Origin: an uncultured Candidatus Rokubacteria bacterium
GTDB taxonomy: Bacteria > Methylomirabilota > Methylomirabilia > Rokubacteriales > CSP1-6
Assembly: GCA_963754315.1 (NCBI GenBank)
Contig: CAVWFS010000013.1
Span: 192,765-256,764, forward strand
Length of the DNA stretch: 64,000 nucleotides
Direction: 5' to 3'
In this document: positions 1 to 12,793 of the stretch, in pieces
How the letters are laid out: each line of letters begins with the position of its first letter
How positions within the stretch are numbered: the stretch's first letter is position 1
Made by a program: the position numbers and the translations under genes
The notes under the pieces: generated by a model
The model's database searches: none
Told to the model about the DNA's origin: nothing
Seen by the model: the letters and a program-made list of their open reading frames with translations, nothing else

Positions 1-1611
<1,611 letters not shown>

Positions 1612-1619
<8 letters not shown>

Positions 1620-4152
1620 GCTCGCCCATCCGTTTTTGGGAGGCCACGGCCTGCAGAATCCGGCCCAACGCGATCCCTGACTCGTACAACGCGCCCGCGA
1701 GCAAAAAGATCCACCCCGCGACCAGCACCGTGGTGGCGGCCCACTCCTGCCTGGCGGCGGCCACCCACGCCAGCACGGTGAGCAAGGTCAGCACTCCGAT
1801 GACCGTTGCCGACCATCGCGGCCATATCTTGAAGCGCATCAGCTGCCGGCCAGCGCCGTGCTCCTCCACGGCCATCCGCACACGGGCGGATCCGAGGAGG
1901 CCCGCCGGCACCTCCAGGTCCCAGCGATCCCACGCTGACCCGCGGCGCGCTCCCCTCCCGGTGCTGCGCAGGACCCCCTCGACGGAGCTCAGCAAGTCTT
2001 CGGGCGCCAGCCACTTTTCGCTCCAGATCCGTGCCAGCCGCGGCAGCGGGACCTGAAAGGGCATGGCCCCCCGGCGTCGCCAGGGCGTGAGTCCGTGACG
2101 CAGGCGCCCGAGCAGGCGTGCGGCCGGCTGCATGAGATGGAGCATGGCGGTGACGATCATCAGCCGCGGCCAACCCGGGCCGTTGACCGAATCGGAGGGA
2201 AACCGGGCGCGGCGGGCGGCGCGGCCCGCTTGATAGACGGACAGGCTCGCGGCGGCCACGAACAGCAACGAGGCCGGGCGCAACGCGGTGGACAGCACTC
2301 CCACTCCCGCGAGAAGGGCCAGCGCCAGCACGACCAGGTACCATTCCGGCATCAGCGGAATGGACGCCAACGTACCGGGCTCCGCCTGGTACATACGCTG
2401 GAAGGGCGCGTGCCCCCACACGCCGTGATAGATGCGAGCCTGGCGCCACCCGAAGGCTTCGGCCAGTCCCTTCCCGTACAGGCGCCCAGCCCAGACGAGA
2501 TGTCCGGCCGGGTTGTACTTTTCCGGCCATTTCTGCTCGAGGAGCGCCTCGGCCCGCCCGTAGCCAACCTGCTGGCGCCAGTAGGCACGGATGGAGTTGC
2601 GGCGGTGATGCCAGACCATGGCCGCCGGATGAAAGCCGAGCGTCCCGCCGCGCTCCTGCAACCGCCAGCAGACGTCGACATCATCGCCGGCGGCGCGGAA
2701 GCGCGGATCGAAGCCGCCGATGGCCTCGAGGGCCTCTCGGCGGAAGGCCATGTTGCATCCGGGAATGTGCTCGGCCACCTGATCCGAGAGTAATACGTGC
2801 ACGGGACCGCCGGGAGCGTTCGCCACACAGTCCGCGATGGGGCCATCGCCGGGCGGCGCGATGTTGGGGCCTCCGACGCCAACGTGTTCGGTACGGAGAA
2901 AGGCATCCGCCAGGTAGGTCAGCCAGTGCGGCTCGGGCCGCGCGTCGTCGTCTGTATAGGCGATGATCTCGCCGCGGGCTACCATGAGTCCGAGGTTCCG
3001 GGCGTTGCCCAGCCCGCGGTTTGCCGTACTGATGACGCGAAAGCCAAACGAGCGGGCGATGGCGGCCGTGGCATCGGTGGAGCCATCGTCGATGACGACG
3101 ACCTCATAGTCGGGGTACTCGAGACGCCTGAGTCCGTCGAGGCAGTTGCCGATGGTGGCGGCCCCATTGTAGCTACACACGATCACCGACACGGAGGGCA
3201 ACTTGAGTCGGCGCGGTAGGGGAAGATCCGCGAGTGCCGCTCGCACGCGTCCCAGCGCAGGCTTGGGGCTCCGGTCGCGACGGGTCAGGCCAAAGTCCCA
3301 GTCCTCGACCTCGTACCCGCCGCGGTGCCACTCGTCCGTCCACGCGAAGATGAACGCACCCGCGCAGCCGGCGGCAAAGGTCGTCCGCACCTGCCAGTCG
3401 AGCACCCGCGCCTGGGCGTCCTCTCCCGCTCGGCGACTGTCGAAGCCGATCTCGCCCATGAGGAGCGGCCGGTCGCCGGCCACGTTCTGCAAGCGTGCCA
3501 GATATGCGCTCAGACGCTCCTGCTCCTCGAGGTACACGTTGAAGCACAGGAAGTCGAGTCCGGCAGGATCGAGGTATTCCGTCGACGGATAGTTGACGTA
3601 GGTAACGAGACACCCGGGATCCTCGGTCCTGGCAGCGTTGGCAAGCCGCTCGATGAAGCGCTCCACACGCAGCGGACTGTGCCAGCGAACGATGCTGGCG
3701 GGAATCTCATTGCCCACGGCGTAGGCGAGCAGTGCGGGATGCCCCGCGCAGGCGCGGACCCCGGCCCGAACCCGATCCTCGATGTCGGCGGCGCGTGCGG
3801 AATCGTCCAGAAACGCGATGTGCTGCTCCCAGGGCAGCCCCACCATGACGTAGAGATCGTTCTGGTGAGCCAGATCCAGGAGCCATCGCGGGGGGACCGT
3901 GTACGTGCGGAGGGCGTTGAAACCGTGCGCCGCCATGGCCTCGAAATCGCGCCGCACCGTGTCGGGCGTACCGTACTGGCTTCCACGATCGTTGGGCCGG
4001 AAGGTGCCGTAGGTGACGCCGCGTATCCAGAGCTTCTGATTGTCAAGTTCGAGGAACTTGCCCGCGACCTGTGGCCGCCGGGCCACCACCTCTGGAGTGG
4101 GCGCCGGCTCTGTCGGGGCGAGGACAAGCGTCGAGACCTCAGTCGGGCTCAT
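1612..4152 (-). CDS. Clan GH-A (GH2-like) TIM-barrel domain fused to a GT2 glycosyltransferase with C-terminal TM helices
   Basis: GVTYG, VGNEI (acid/base) and MGEIG (nucleophile) motifs; then VSVIVCSYN, IDDGSTD, TDDD and GDDVD GT2 motifs; hydrophobic C-terminus. Confidence 0.85.
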
Positions 4153-4202
4153 CGGCTAGGGGGTTCCCTCACAGGGTTTCATTCACACGAGGTCTCAGGC
4201 GG

Positions 4203-4296
4203 GCAAACTACTTGCCACATGGCGTCAGACGGTAAGTAGTTGAAATATTGCTAATCTCTACGCTGAGAGGCGGGCCGGCGCCGTGTAAATTCTACA
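4203..4296 (-). promoter_or_regulatory. Sigma54 promoter with IHF site and upstream palindromic activator site
   Basis: Minus-strand TGGCAAGTAGTTTGC (GG-N10-GC, 4203-4217); TTTCAACTACTTA (4233-4245) close to the IHF consensus WATCAANNNNTTR; palindrome TGTA-AATTC-TACA (4284-4296). Confidence 0.7.
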
Positions 4297-4354
4297 GAGG
4301 TTGTATCGATTCGTGACAGTGTGCCCAAGAGGTCGGCAACTGGTCCAACCAATC

Positions 4355-5221
4355 TCACCTCGTCTTCTGAAACGCCTGGTGGCCCCACAGCCATTCATCC
4401 CGCCACGTCTGCGTGAAGCCCTGCACGGTCAGGCGCTCCAGAACGGGACCGAAATCGAACACGATGTGCTGCGGACGGTCCGGGTCAGGCTCGGCGGCGA
4501 AGCGGCCGAAGAGAAACCCGCCGCGTTTCAACGCGATCGCAAGATGATCGACAGCCTTGACCGGATCGGAGAGATGCTCGAAGACGTCCATGGCCGTGAT
4601 CATGTCGAAGGCATCGGGTGGAAGAGCCGCGTCCTTCAGATCGATGAACTCCGCGGACAGGCCCCGGCGCTCCATGCGCCACCGGCTGAAGCGGAGCATC
4701 GTCGAGCTGATGTCGGCGTTGGAGACCTGAAAGCCGTGCCGAGCGAAGAGAAGACCGCCGGCCCCCACGCCGGCGCCGAAGTCGAGATAGCGACGACCGC
4801 TCTGCCGTTGACGTGCGAAATCCAGCGCGAGCACATAGGCAAGTGGTCCATGGTCGTCCACGAGCGTGTGCCACCACATCAGCTCGAGGAGATACCCCTG
4901 CCCTTGATCGTAGAATCGTTCGATGGATCTGGTATCGGCGGGATCGACCAGCCGCCGCCAATCGTCGCTCAGCGCCCGCGTGGCGTCCTTGCAGGCCGAC
5001 TCCAGCGCGGCCAGATCGACAGATCCGAGATACGCGGCCAGCTCGCTCAGGAGACTCTGCCGTAGGTCACCCCCTCCTTCGAGAATCAACGCCTCGGTCC
5101 AGATCGTCCGGTACTCGTCCAGCAATCGCTCTTGCTGAGACTCGGCGTCGGCCACCGTGAGCTGCGTGCGCTCCACCCGGCTCCACAACTCTTTCAGCCG
5201 ATCCGGCAAGAGCATATCCAT
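4355..5221 (-). CDS. Class I SAM-dependent methyltransferase
   Basis: YLDFGAGVG motif I, ADIS, FDMITAMDVFEHL. Confidence 0.85.
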   Translation of the reverse strand: MDMLLPDRLKELWSRVERTQLTVADAESQQERLLDEYRTIWTEALILEGGGDLRQSLLSELAAYLGSVDLAALESACKDATRALSDDWRRLVDPADTRSIERFYDQGQGYLLELMWWHTLVDDHGPLAYVLALDFARQRQSGRRYLDFGAGVGAGGLLFARHGFQVSNADISSTMLRFSRWRMERRGLSAEFIDLKDAALPPDAFDMITAMDVFEHLSDPVKAVDHLAIALKRGGFLFGRFAAEPDPDRPQHIVFDFGPVLERLTVQGFTQTWRDEWLWGHQAFQKTR

Positions 5222-5289
5222 GGGGGAGCGCTCGGGGGGATTCTGGCCTCGGGCTAACGCAGACGAGCTTCGTAGGCCTGGACGGCATC

Positions 5290-5760
5290 AATCTAGCTCG
5301 AAGGGGAGAAGGCGGAGCCCGACCGATGCGCCGGACGTCGACATACGTGAGGAGGCCGAGCCCCACCGGGACGTGCCGGCCCAGGCCGGTGTCCTCCATC
5401 ACCACGGGGCGCCCCGCCGCCAGGTAGCAGCCACTGCGATCGCTGAACAACCACTCTTCCCGAGCGAGCATATCGGCCTCACGGGCGAGAACTCCCCGCG
5501 CGATTGCTGAATGTAGCTGCGGTACGAATCCGGATCGCGGGCGCGGTCGCCGGGCAAGGCGAGATTCCAGGCATGCGCGCGCTAAAGGGGGAAGATCGGG
5601 GTCGGAGTCGTCGATCGACAACCACTTCGATCGGCATGGAGACGCGACGGGGCAGATCGATCACGGCCTTGAACGCCTCTGCCTTCTGGGCGTACCAGAC
5701 CTTCCGCCATTCAAGCCAGCTAGGCGAGTGATAGCAGTCAAGATCGATTTGGTACCCCAT
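5290..5760 (-). pseudogene. Degenerate C-terminal fragment of a GT-B-like glycosyltransferase
   Basis: Family-like blocks spread over several frames: YAQKAEAFKAVIDLPRR / DPDSYRSYIQQSRGEFS / FSDRSGCYLAAGRPVVMEDTG; the N-terminal part is missing. Confidence 0.6.
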
Positions 5761-7438
5761 TCACGGTTCGTCCCGGCTAGGATCGGCGAGCCCGACCTTG
5801 CGGTACGTCTCGCCCAGTGCCCGCAGGGCGTCCGTGTTCCCCGGTCAGGTCATAGATATGAATGGAGTGACCGATCCTCGCCGCGGGACGAAGCATACGT
5901 AGCCACGTGAAGAGCGGATACGAGTGCGTCTGAACCTCTTGCAGATTGAAGACGCTGATCGCCAAAAGTTTGCGCGGCAGGTCGTCGGGCACCCGATCGG
6001 CGGGTGGCGGCCACTCGAGGGGCCACGAGCCCGGCACGTATTGGTAACGGATGCCGTAGTACGCCGGGGGAGCGGTGCCGAAATATGACAGATAGAGTAT
6101 CGGGACGCCCTCCCGGTCCATGAAGGCGCCGAGGCGCTTGAGATCCTGCCCCCAGTCCAGATTTGAGTCGCTCAGGTATCGGTGGCCACGGGCTGGCCCT
6201 CCGACGAGCTCGTTGAAGTAGGCGAGCTGGTGCGGGGCGACGCGGAGCGCGGAGGCCGCGGCGAACGCGAGCGAAAGCGTGACGAGCAGCGGCATCAACC
6301 AGGCGGGGCCGAGCCGGATGGTCGCTACCCGGGCAGCGAGGACGAACAGCAAAGGATACACAGGCAGGACGTGCCGCACCCCGATGTTTATCCGCGCCTG
6401 CGTCATTGCGGCGAAGACCACAATCACCGGTACCAACAAGAAGAGAGCCTCGCGCCGTCCGAGCGGCGCGCCCCGGCGAGCCATCACGAACGACGCGAGG
6501 ATCAGCACGAGGCTCCCGACGGGCGTCTTAATCAGAAATGCGATCGGAAAGTATGCCCACCAGCCGTTGCTGGAGTACTGGCCGAGGAAGAAGCTCGGCA
6601 CGCCAGCGGACCCAAGCGCGAGGAATTTGAGGAACCCGGACCACCACGGCGAGAGCCCGCAAAAGAGGCACGACATCGGGATCACCGCGAACGGCAGTAC
6701 GAGGACAACGAACAATGTCCTCGTAGCGCGAGCCAGTCGGCGGCCTAGGGGCGCCGGGTCACGAACGAAGAGGGCCTCGCCGAAAATCACGATCGCGACG
6801 ATCGGGACCAGCACGACGTTCGAGTACTTGGAAGCCAGAGCCAGGCCCATCGCCACACCCGCGCCGATGAGGTACCACAGCCACCGTGAACGCGCGTGTT
6901 CCCAGAGCAGGTAGAGCGTCAAGAGGAAGAAGAGACTTGCGCCGGTGTCGGTGGTCACGAGCGAGGAGTGCGCGATTACGGTCGGATCCAACGCTGTCAG
7001 CGTCATGGTGACCAGCGCCGCCCAGGGCCCCCACAGCCGAGATGCCCACCAGCCCACGACTAGAAGGAGCAGCACGCCCAGGAGCACGTTGGGGATTCGT
7101 GCCAGCGCAAGCATCCAGTCAGCCGACAGACGCGAGCCGTACAGGAACGACTGGCCAATCGGGAACTCGGCCGCTGCGCGCCACTGCTCCGCCGGAGGCT
7201 CGAAGGGCAGGCGCTGCGTCAAGAAAATCGGGGAGGCGAACAGCATCTTGAGCAGAGGAGGGTTCTGGGGTTCCAGCCTGAAGTCGCGTCGGACCAGATA
7301 GGAGTACCCGGCCGCCACGTGCATCGCCTCGTCATAGGTGGGGGCGTAGCCGTGTACGAGGACGACACACTGAGCAAGAAAGCCCAGGAGTAGTCCCACT
7401 GTTGCGACGCGAGTAACCAGGACGTGCGGCCGTGCCAT
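5761..7438 (-). CDS. GT-C (GT39/ArnT/PMT-like) membrane glycosyltransferase
   Basis: PTYDEAMH, NPPL, many TM helices, DSNLDWGQD. A probable extra G near 5840 shifts the last codons; corrected, it ends ...LADPSRDEP* at 5761. Confidence 0.85.
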
Positions 7439-7575
7439 TGTCCGGGTTCAACATACCCCAAAGCAGCGGGGGCTTTCCTGCCAGTAGCGAAGGACGAGCT
7501 CGGCGATCTCCTGCTCGGCCACGGTGTAGGCGGTTCTCGACGAGTTCCCGGTACCGCGCGGAGGACGGTGGGACC

Positions 7576-8256
7576 TTACTTCTTCGGGACTCGCGCCCGC
7601 ATCGTGTCGAGCCTGGCGCGTAGCTCGGGGGTGACCTGCAGGCGTTCGTAGGTCTCCTTGAACAGCGCCTCGCCGACGATGCCGAAGTCCTGGCCGGCTT
7701 CGTCGTACTGCACCAGCCACTCGCCGCTCTTTCCCTGCAGGCGTCCCCAGGACGCGGTGACGGCAAACGGCTCCTTCATCTGCACGCCGAGGACCGGCAT
7801 CGGCTTCTTGAAGAACTTGCCATCGTGCCCCATGCGCCCGCCTGCGACTGGCGAGTACGTGGCTTCAAAGGTCGCACGGGCAATGGGCCATGTGTCGCCC
7901 TTGGTGCCGGTCATGATCGCATCAGTGACCTTGAAGGCAACCCCCGGGTCGCCGGCGGCCGTCTCCCTCGTGCGAATGTGCCCCTTGTTGTAGGGCGCAT
8001 CCGTTCGAGACAGATCCTTGGTCACGGCGAAGTGGACGTCGAGCGGGATGGGTCGCTTCTGAACCCAGATTGGAGACGGCAACGACGCCAGGCCACCCTC
8101 AGTCTTGAGGTAATCCATGTCTCGAACCGCACCAGGCGCGGCAGGCGGCGCCTGCGCGGAGGACTCTGGCGGCATGCTGATCGTCCAACACGCCACGATG
8201 AGTAGCCATGAGAGCCATCGATGCGACCACGAGTGCATTCGACAAGCCATCGTCAC
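7576..8256 (-). CDS. Exported PGDYG-like domain protein
   Basis: Signal peptide; two internal repeats, GDTWPIARATFEATY and GEWLVQY...GIVGEALFKETY. Confidence 0.6.
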   Translation of the reverse strand: MTMACRMHSWSHRWLSWLLIVACWTISMPPESSAQAPPAAPGAVRDMDYLKTEGGLASLPSPIWVQKRPIPLDVHFAVTKDLSRTDAPYNKGHIRTRETAAGDPGVAFKVTDAIMTGTKGDTWPIARATFEATYSPVAGGRMGHDGKFFKKPMPVLGVQMKEPFAVTASWGRLQGKSGEWLVQYDEAGQDFGIVGEALFKETYERLQVTPELRARLDTMRARVPKK

Positions 8257-8348
8257 GCGATCTTAGCACCCGGCCTATCACCCCGGTTACGTGCTACCCG
8301 CGTCCGGTAAAAGCGTGTTCCCGGTGCTCCCGAGAATCACACATGCAT

Positions 8349-8384
8349 ACTTGGGCTGGCGCGCCGTGATGAGCCAGCCCAAGT
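8349..8384. repeat. Perfect 12-bp inverted repeat in a divergent intergenic region
   Basis: ACTTGGGCTGGC-N12-GCCAGCCCAAGT. Confidence 0.8.
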
Positions 8385-8549
8385 CTGCCCTCGAGGTCTT
8401 TACCACCATCGGCCGGGCTCGCGGTATCTGCGACGCCGCGATCAGGACTTGCTCCGTTGAGTTGACGCATAATGCCGCCTATCGGTGTCAGGGGGACGCG
8501 GCGTCGAGCGGCGTCAATCGCAGCGAACACCCAGCGTGGAGGGTCCGCC

Positions 8550-9509
8550 ATGACAAACACCATCCGCCTACTTTTGGCAGGCCTCGGCCTCGTGCTCTTC
8601 GGCGCCACGGCGGCGTCGGCGCAGGACTGGAAGCCGCTCGCCTCGGCGCAGCGGTGCCCGTCGAGGTGGGGCGCCGCGGACGAGCGTGGCGCCGCCAATC
8701 ACATGACGTCCGAGACGGTCATGAAGGCCGTCCGGCTCGTCAAGGAGGGCAAGATCTACGAGCTCGGTCGCGTGCTGGAGCCGGCCATGCCGCTGTTCGG
8801 TCTCCGTAAGTTCAACCTCTACACCCTGCGCACCGGCGCATCGGCCGGTCCCAACGAGCTTCGCGGCAACGAGGAGACCGTCACCACCGAGCTGGGGCAG
8901 GTCGGCACCCAGTTCGATGGGCTGCCCCACATCGGAATCGCCGACGAGCTGTACAACTGTAACAAGACCGACGCGGTCGCCACCCGCACAGGCTTTACGA
9001 AACTCGGCGTGGAGAAGGTCGGCGCGCTGTTCACGCGGGCCGTGATGCTAGACGTGGCCGCGGCCAAGGGCGCGCCCATGCTCGACGTGGGCTACGAGAT
9101 CACAGTGGCCGACCTCGAAGCAGCGATGAAGCGCCAAAACGTGAGCATCGGTCGGGGCGACGCCGTGCTGATCAGGACCGGCTGGGGTCAGCTCTGGCTG
9201 AAGGACAACGCGCGATACAACAGCGGTCAGCCCGGTCTCGGCATCGCCGCCGCCGAGTGGTTGGCGAAGCTCGATCCCATGCTGGTAGGCAGCGACAACT
9301 GGGGGATCGAGGTGCGGCCGAATCCGAACAAGGACCTGGTGTTCCCCGTCCACCAGGTCTTCATCACGACCCACGGCATCTTTCTGCTGGAGAACCTCGA
9401 TCTCGAGGGGATGGCCCGCGACCAGGTGTCCGAGGCTGCGTTCATCGTCCAGCCGCTCAAACTCAAGGGCGGCACCGGCTCGACGGTGGCGCCGATCGCG
9501 GTGAAGTAG
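8550..9509 (+). CDS. Exported cyclase-family (kynurenine formamidase-like) protein
   Basis: RBS GGAGGG; signal peptide; WGAADERG, GQVGTQFDGLPHIG, GDAVLIRTG, ENLDL, GGTGS. Confidence 0.85.
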   Translation: MTNTIRLLLAGLGLVLFGATAASAQDWKPLASAQRCPSRWGAADERGAANHMTSETVMKAVRLVKEGKIYELGRVLEPAMPLFGLRKFNLYTLRTGASAGPNELRGNEETVTTELGQVGTQFDGLPHIGIADELYNCNKTDAVATRTGFTKLGVEKVGALFTRAVMLDVAAAKGAPMLDVGYEITVADLEAAMKRQNVSIGRGDAVLIRTGWGQLWLKDNARYNSGQPGLGIAAAEWLAKLDPMLVGSDNWGIEVRPNPNKDLVFPVHQVFITTHGIFLLENLDLEGMARDQVSEAAFIVQPLKLKGGTGSTVAPIAVK

Positions 9510-9709
9510 GTGCGGTGAAACAGGCACGCCGCGGCCCGATCCGCGACCGCGGCGCGCCAGAACCGTTCGTGTCGTTCGCCGCAGAATCGCGGCCAGCCCG
9601 GTCGCTACCTCGCGCTCCCCACCGGGGGAGGCCGGCTGATCCTGACTGGGAAGAGCCTGACCTTCGGCGGTGCCGGAAGGCAACGGACCGCGGTGCTATG
9701 ATCCGGGCG

Positions 9710-9861
9710 ATGCCGACATGACGGGCACCACCGTGGAGACAACGATCCGCATCGTGAGCCGCTGGCTCACGGACGGGCTCGTCCGCGAGGAGGAGAACCG
9801 GCTCGTCCTCGTCAATGTCGCGGCGCTGCGTGACCTCGCGCAGGGCGAGAGCGGAGGGTGA
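9710..9861 (+). pseudogene. C-terminal HTH fragment of a Crp/Fnr regulator
   Basis: ADMTGTTVETTIRIVSRW matches the Crp recognition helix; no cNMP-binding domain upstream. Confidence 0.7.
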
Positions 9862-10295
9862 CACCCCTCGTCCGGCGGTACATCAAGACGAGCTTCGTCT
9901 TCCTACTGGCCGGAGTCCTCATCGGTGGCTACATCGTCGTCGCCCAGTTCGTCGCAGGGACGTACCCGTCGCGGCTCCTGATCACGGCGCATGTCCACCT
10001 GCTGCTCGTGGGCTTCATGCTCATGATGGTGATGGGGGTGGCCACGTGGATGTTTCCGCGCCCGGCCAGGGAGGACACATCCTATCGTCCGGCTCTGGCG
10101 GAGGCCGTCTACTGGCTCATGACGATCGCTACCGCGCTGCGGGCGACGGCTGAAATCGTCAGCACCCTCTGGCCGTCCACTGTGCTCAGACTCGCCGTCG
10201 CGGTCGGCGGCATCGGACAGCTAGCGGGAACGTCACTGTTCGTCGCGAACATGTGGTGGCGGGTGCGCATGCCGGCGACAGCGACGCCTCGCTGA
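9858..10295 (+). CDS. 4-TM membrane protein, heme-copper oxidase subunit I-like fragment family
   Basis: AHVHLLLVGF and MGVATWMFPR; GTGA overlap with the Crp fragment. Confidence 0.7.
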   Translation: MTPLVRRYIKTSFVFLLAGVLIGGYIVVAQFVAGTYPSRLLITAHVHLLLVGFMLMMVMGVATWMFPRPAREDTSYRPALAEAVYWLMTIATALRATAEIVSTLWPSTVLRLAVAVGGIGQLAGTSLFVANMWWRVRMPATATPR

Positions 10296-10309
10296 GCAAG
10301 GCAGCTGCG

Positions 10310-11494
10310 CTAGTCGGGGACGGCGGTTTCGGGGACAGCCTGGAAGGCCGGCATCACCTCCGTGGCGAAGCGCTCGAGCTGCTCCAGGACCACCGCTTGC
10401 GGCACGCCCACGGACAGGCTGACCATGACCCGCTCGAGACCCGGATACCGCTCCTCGAGCTTCTTGAGATGCTCGATGATCTCCTCGGGCGACCCGCACA
10501 GGACTCCCCCGGCCCGGATGGCGTCCTCGATCCTCGGCAGCGCGGCGTGGGGGGCCCGGGCGGGGTCGGCCATCACCGCGATCTGCTCGTCCGTCAGCGC
10601 CCGCACCAGCCGCAGCGGCCCGAACATCTTCAGATTCTCCTCGTAATACTTGCCGGCCTCGCGGATGCCCTGTTCACGGCTGTCGGCGATGTAGAAGTGA
10701 AATCCGAAGCAGAGACCTTCGCCGAGCTCGAGGTGGCGCCCCAGGCGAGCGTGCGCCTCTTGCCACGCCATGACGACCCGGTGCATGGCGCCTCCTTCGG
10801 CCGAGCCGCCGCCGACGACGCCCTTGATGCCGTGAGCCGCCATGAAGTCGATGGCTCGACCCGTCCCCCCCTGAATCGGCTGCCAGCACTCGACGGGCCG
10901 CCGCAGCGGGCGCGGGACGAGCGTGAGCTCCTGGAGCTCGTACCCGCGATAGGGAACGGGCGGCGGCAAGGTATAGTGCCGGCCCTGGTGCGAGAAGGAC
11001 TCCTGGTGCAGCGCCTTGAAGATGATCTCGACCTGCTCCTCGAACAGCTCGCGGTTCGCCGTCTGATCGAGCAGAGGCGTCCCGAACGTCTCGACCTCGC
11101 GGGTGTGATACCCCCTGCCCACCCCGAAGGTGACCCGGCCTCCGGTGAGGACATCCGCCGTGGCGAAGTCCTCCGCCAGCCGCAGAGGATGCCACATGGG
11201 TGTGATGTTGAAGCCGCATCCGAAGCGAAGCCGCCGCGTGAGATGGGCCAGATGCACGGCGGCCATGAGCACGTTGGGGATGCACTCATAGCCCTCGTGC
11301 TGAAAGTGATGCTCGGCCATCCAGAAGGTGTCGTAGCCGGCCCGATCCATCTGCTCGGCGATGGCCTGAGCCTTGTCGAAAACGGTCACCAGCGCTTCGT
11401 TGGGGAACCGGCGCTCGTTGACCGCGGTGCCCGCGTAGCCGACGTTGTCCATGTCGATGTGGCCGGCAAACAGACTGTCGAACTTCGTGATCAC
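10310..11494 (-). CDS. LLM-class flavin-dependent oxidoreductase
   Basis: FWMAEHHF, HPLRLAED, GRVTFGVGRGY. Confidence 0.9.
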   Translation of the reverse strand: MITKFDSLFAGHIDMDNVGYAGTAVNERRFPNEALVTVFDKAQAIAEQMDRAGYDTFWMAEHHFQHEGYECIPNVLMAAVHLAHLTRRLRFGCGFNITPMWHPLRLAEDFATADVLTGGRVTFGVGRGYHTREVETFGTPLLDQTANRELFEEQVEIIFKALHQESFSHQGRHYTLPPPVPYRGYELQELTLVPRPLRRPVECWQPIQGGTGRAIDFMAAHGIKGVVGGGSAEGGAMHRVVMAWQEAHARLGRHLELGEGLCFGFHFYIADSREQGIREAGKYYEENLKMFGPLRLVRALTDEQIAVMADPARAPHAALPRIEDAIRAGGVLCGSPEEIIEHLKKLEERYPGLERVMVSLSVGVPQAVVLEQLERFATEVMPAFQAVPETAVPD

Positions 11495-11577
11495 GCGTGC
11501 CTCCTCTGTTCTGCAGTGGATCGCTCGACTGCGGCGCGCTCAGCATTGCCCGGCCTGCCGGCCGAGTCAAGGCCGCG

Positions 11578-12450
11578 TTACGGCGCGGGCGGGCGCGACT
11601 TGGGTCCGAAGGGCTCCGGGATAAATCCGCCATCGCGGGCCTCCAGGAACGCTCGCAGCCCGCCGTCCTGCATCGCCGCCAACAGCTCGGCGCGCTGGGC
11701 GTTGTACGAGGCGTGGGCAAGGTTCGACAGCGGGATGTTCATGAGCATCCCCGCGCCCAGCCCCATGGCGAGCAGGCCGTAGCAGGTCACCGCCTTGTTG
11801 AGCCGCACCGAAGGCTCCGGGACCTGGGCGATGCGCTCGGCCACCGCGCGCGCCTTGGGCAGCAGCTCGGCCAGGGGCACGACCTCGTTCACGATGCCGA
11901 GCCGGAGCGCCTCGGCCGCATCGAAATGATCGCCGGTCAAGGCATAGCGGTGCGCCGCCTTCCAGCCGGCCAGCGCCGCGAACAGGAAGGTCGTGTTGGA
12001 CACGTGGCGCACTTCCGGCTGGGCGAATACCGAGTCGTCGGCAGCGATGGTCATGTCGCACGCGAGCGAGTACCAGAACCCGCCGCCCATGATCCAGCCA
12101 TGCACGGCGGCGATGACGGGCTTCGACAGATGCCAGAGATGGAGCAACCGTCGCGTGGAGTCGCTGTCGCTCGTCCACCAACGCTTGAGGAACTCGGCGG
12201 GCTCGACCCCGGTCGGGTCGAGGGAGGACCGGCCGTCGGGGCGGCGGGCAATGTCGTAGCCAGCCGAAAAAGCGCGACCGGCTCCGGTCAGGATGATGGC
12301 CCGCACGGAGGCATCGGCTTCGGCGTCGTCGAGCGCCCCGTGCAACTCGGCCGTCATCTGTGGATTGATGGCGTTGAGGGCCTGCGGCCGGTTGAGCGTG
12401 ATGGTGACCACCGGACCCACCTTCTCGTAGAGGATCATCGTGTACGCCAT
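11578..12450 (-). CDS. Enoyl-CoA hydratase/isomerase family protein
   Basis: LNRPQALNA, AFSAGYDI, KPVIAAVHG. Confidence 0.9.
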   Translation of the reverse strand: MAYTMILYEKVGPVVTITLNRPQALNAINPQMTAELHGALDDAEADASVRAIILTGAGRAFSAGYDIARRPDGRSSLDPTGVEPAEFLKRWWTSDSDSTRRLLHLWHLSKPVIAAVHGWIMGGGFWYSLACDMTIAADDSVFAQPEVRHVSNTTFLFAALAGWKAAHRYALTGDHFDAAEALRLGIVNEVVPLAELLPKARAVAERIAQVPEPSVRLNKAVTCYGLLAMGLGAGMLMNIPLSNLAHASYNAQRAELLAAMQDGGLRAFLEARDGGFIPEPFGPKSRPPAP

Positions 12451-12793
12451 CGCCTGACCTCCTAGGTTCAGATCACTCTCCCTGACACCTCATGGACCGC
12501 GCCGTCCAGCCCCGGATCGTTGTACCACGAGTGGTAAAACGACCCCGGCGCCCGTTGCTCAGCCAGAATGGACGCGGCCCTCGTCACGTACGACCAGCAG
12601 GCGGCGACGGTCGTAATGGACCGGGCGCATCCCGGCGAAGGCGTCTTCATGGGCATTCACGGCGGCAGATCTCGTTGCCCGAGCAGCGGTTCGTGGCTCG
12701 CGCGGGGTACAATCTTAACGGTCAGGGGCCTGCCGGCCCGGACAGCCGAAGGGGGAGTCCCGCCTGCCCAAGGCCCAAGAAGGAGCGCACCCT

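Noticed and set aside
9600..9700. Cobalamin-like riboswitch (CTGGGAAG...AGCC...GACC)
   Set aside because: Only scattered short matches, and the other conserved elements were not found; an Rfam scan would be needed.
12468..12660. Small ORF or remnant between the hydratase and cpo
   Set aside because: No recognisable family, RBS or consistent frame.
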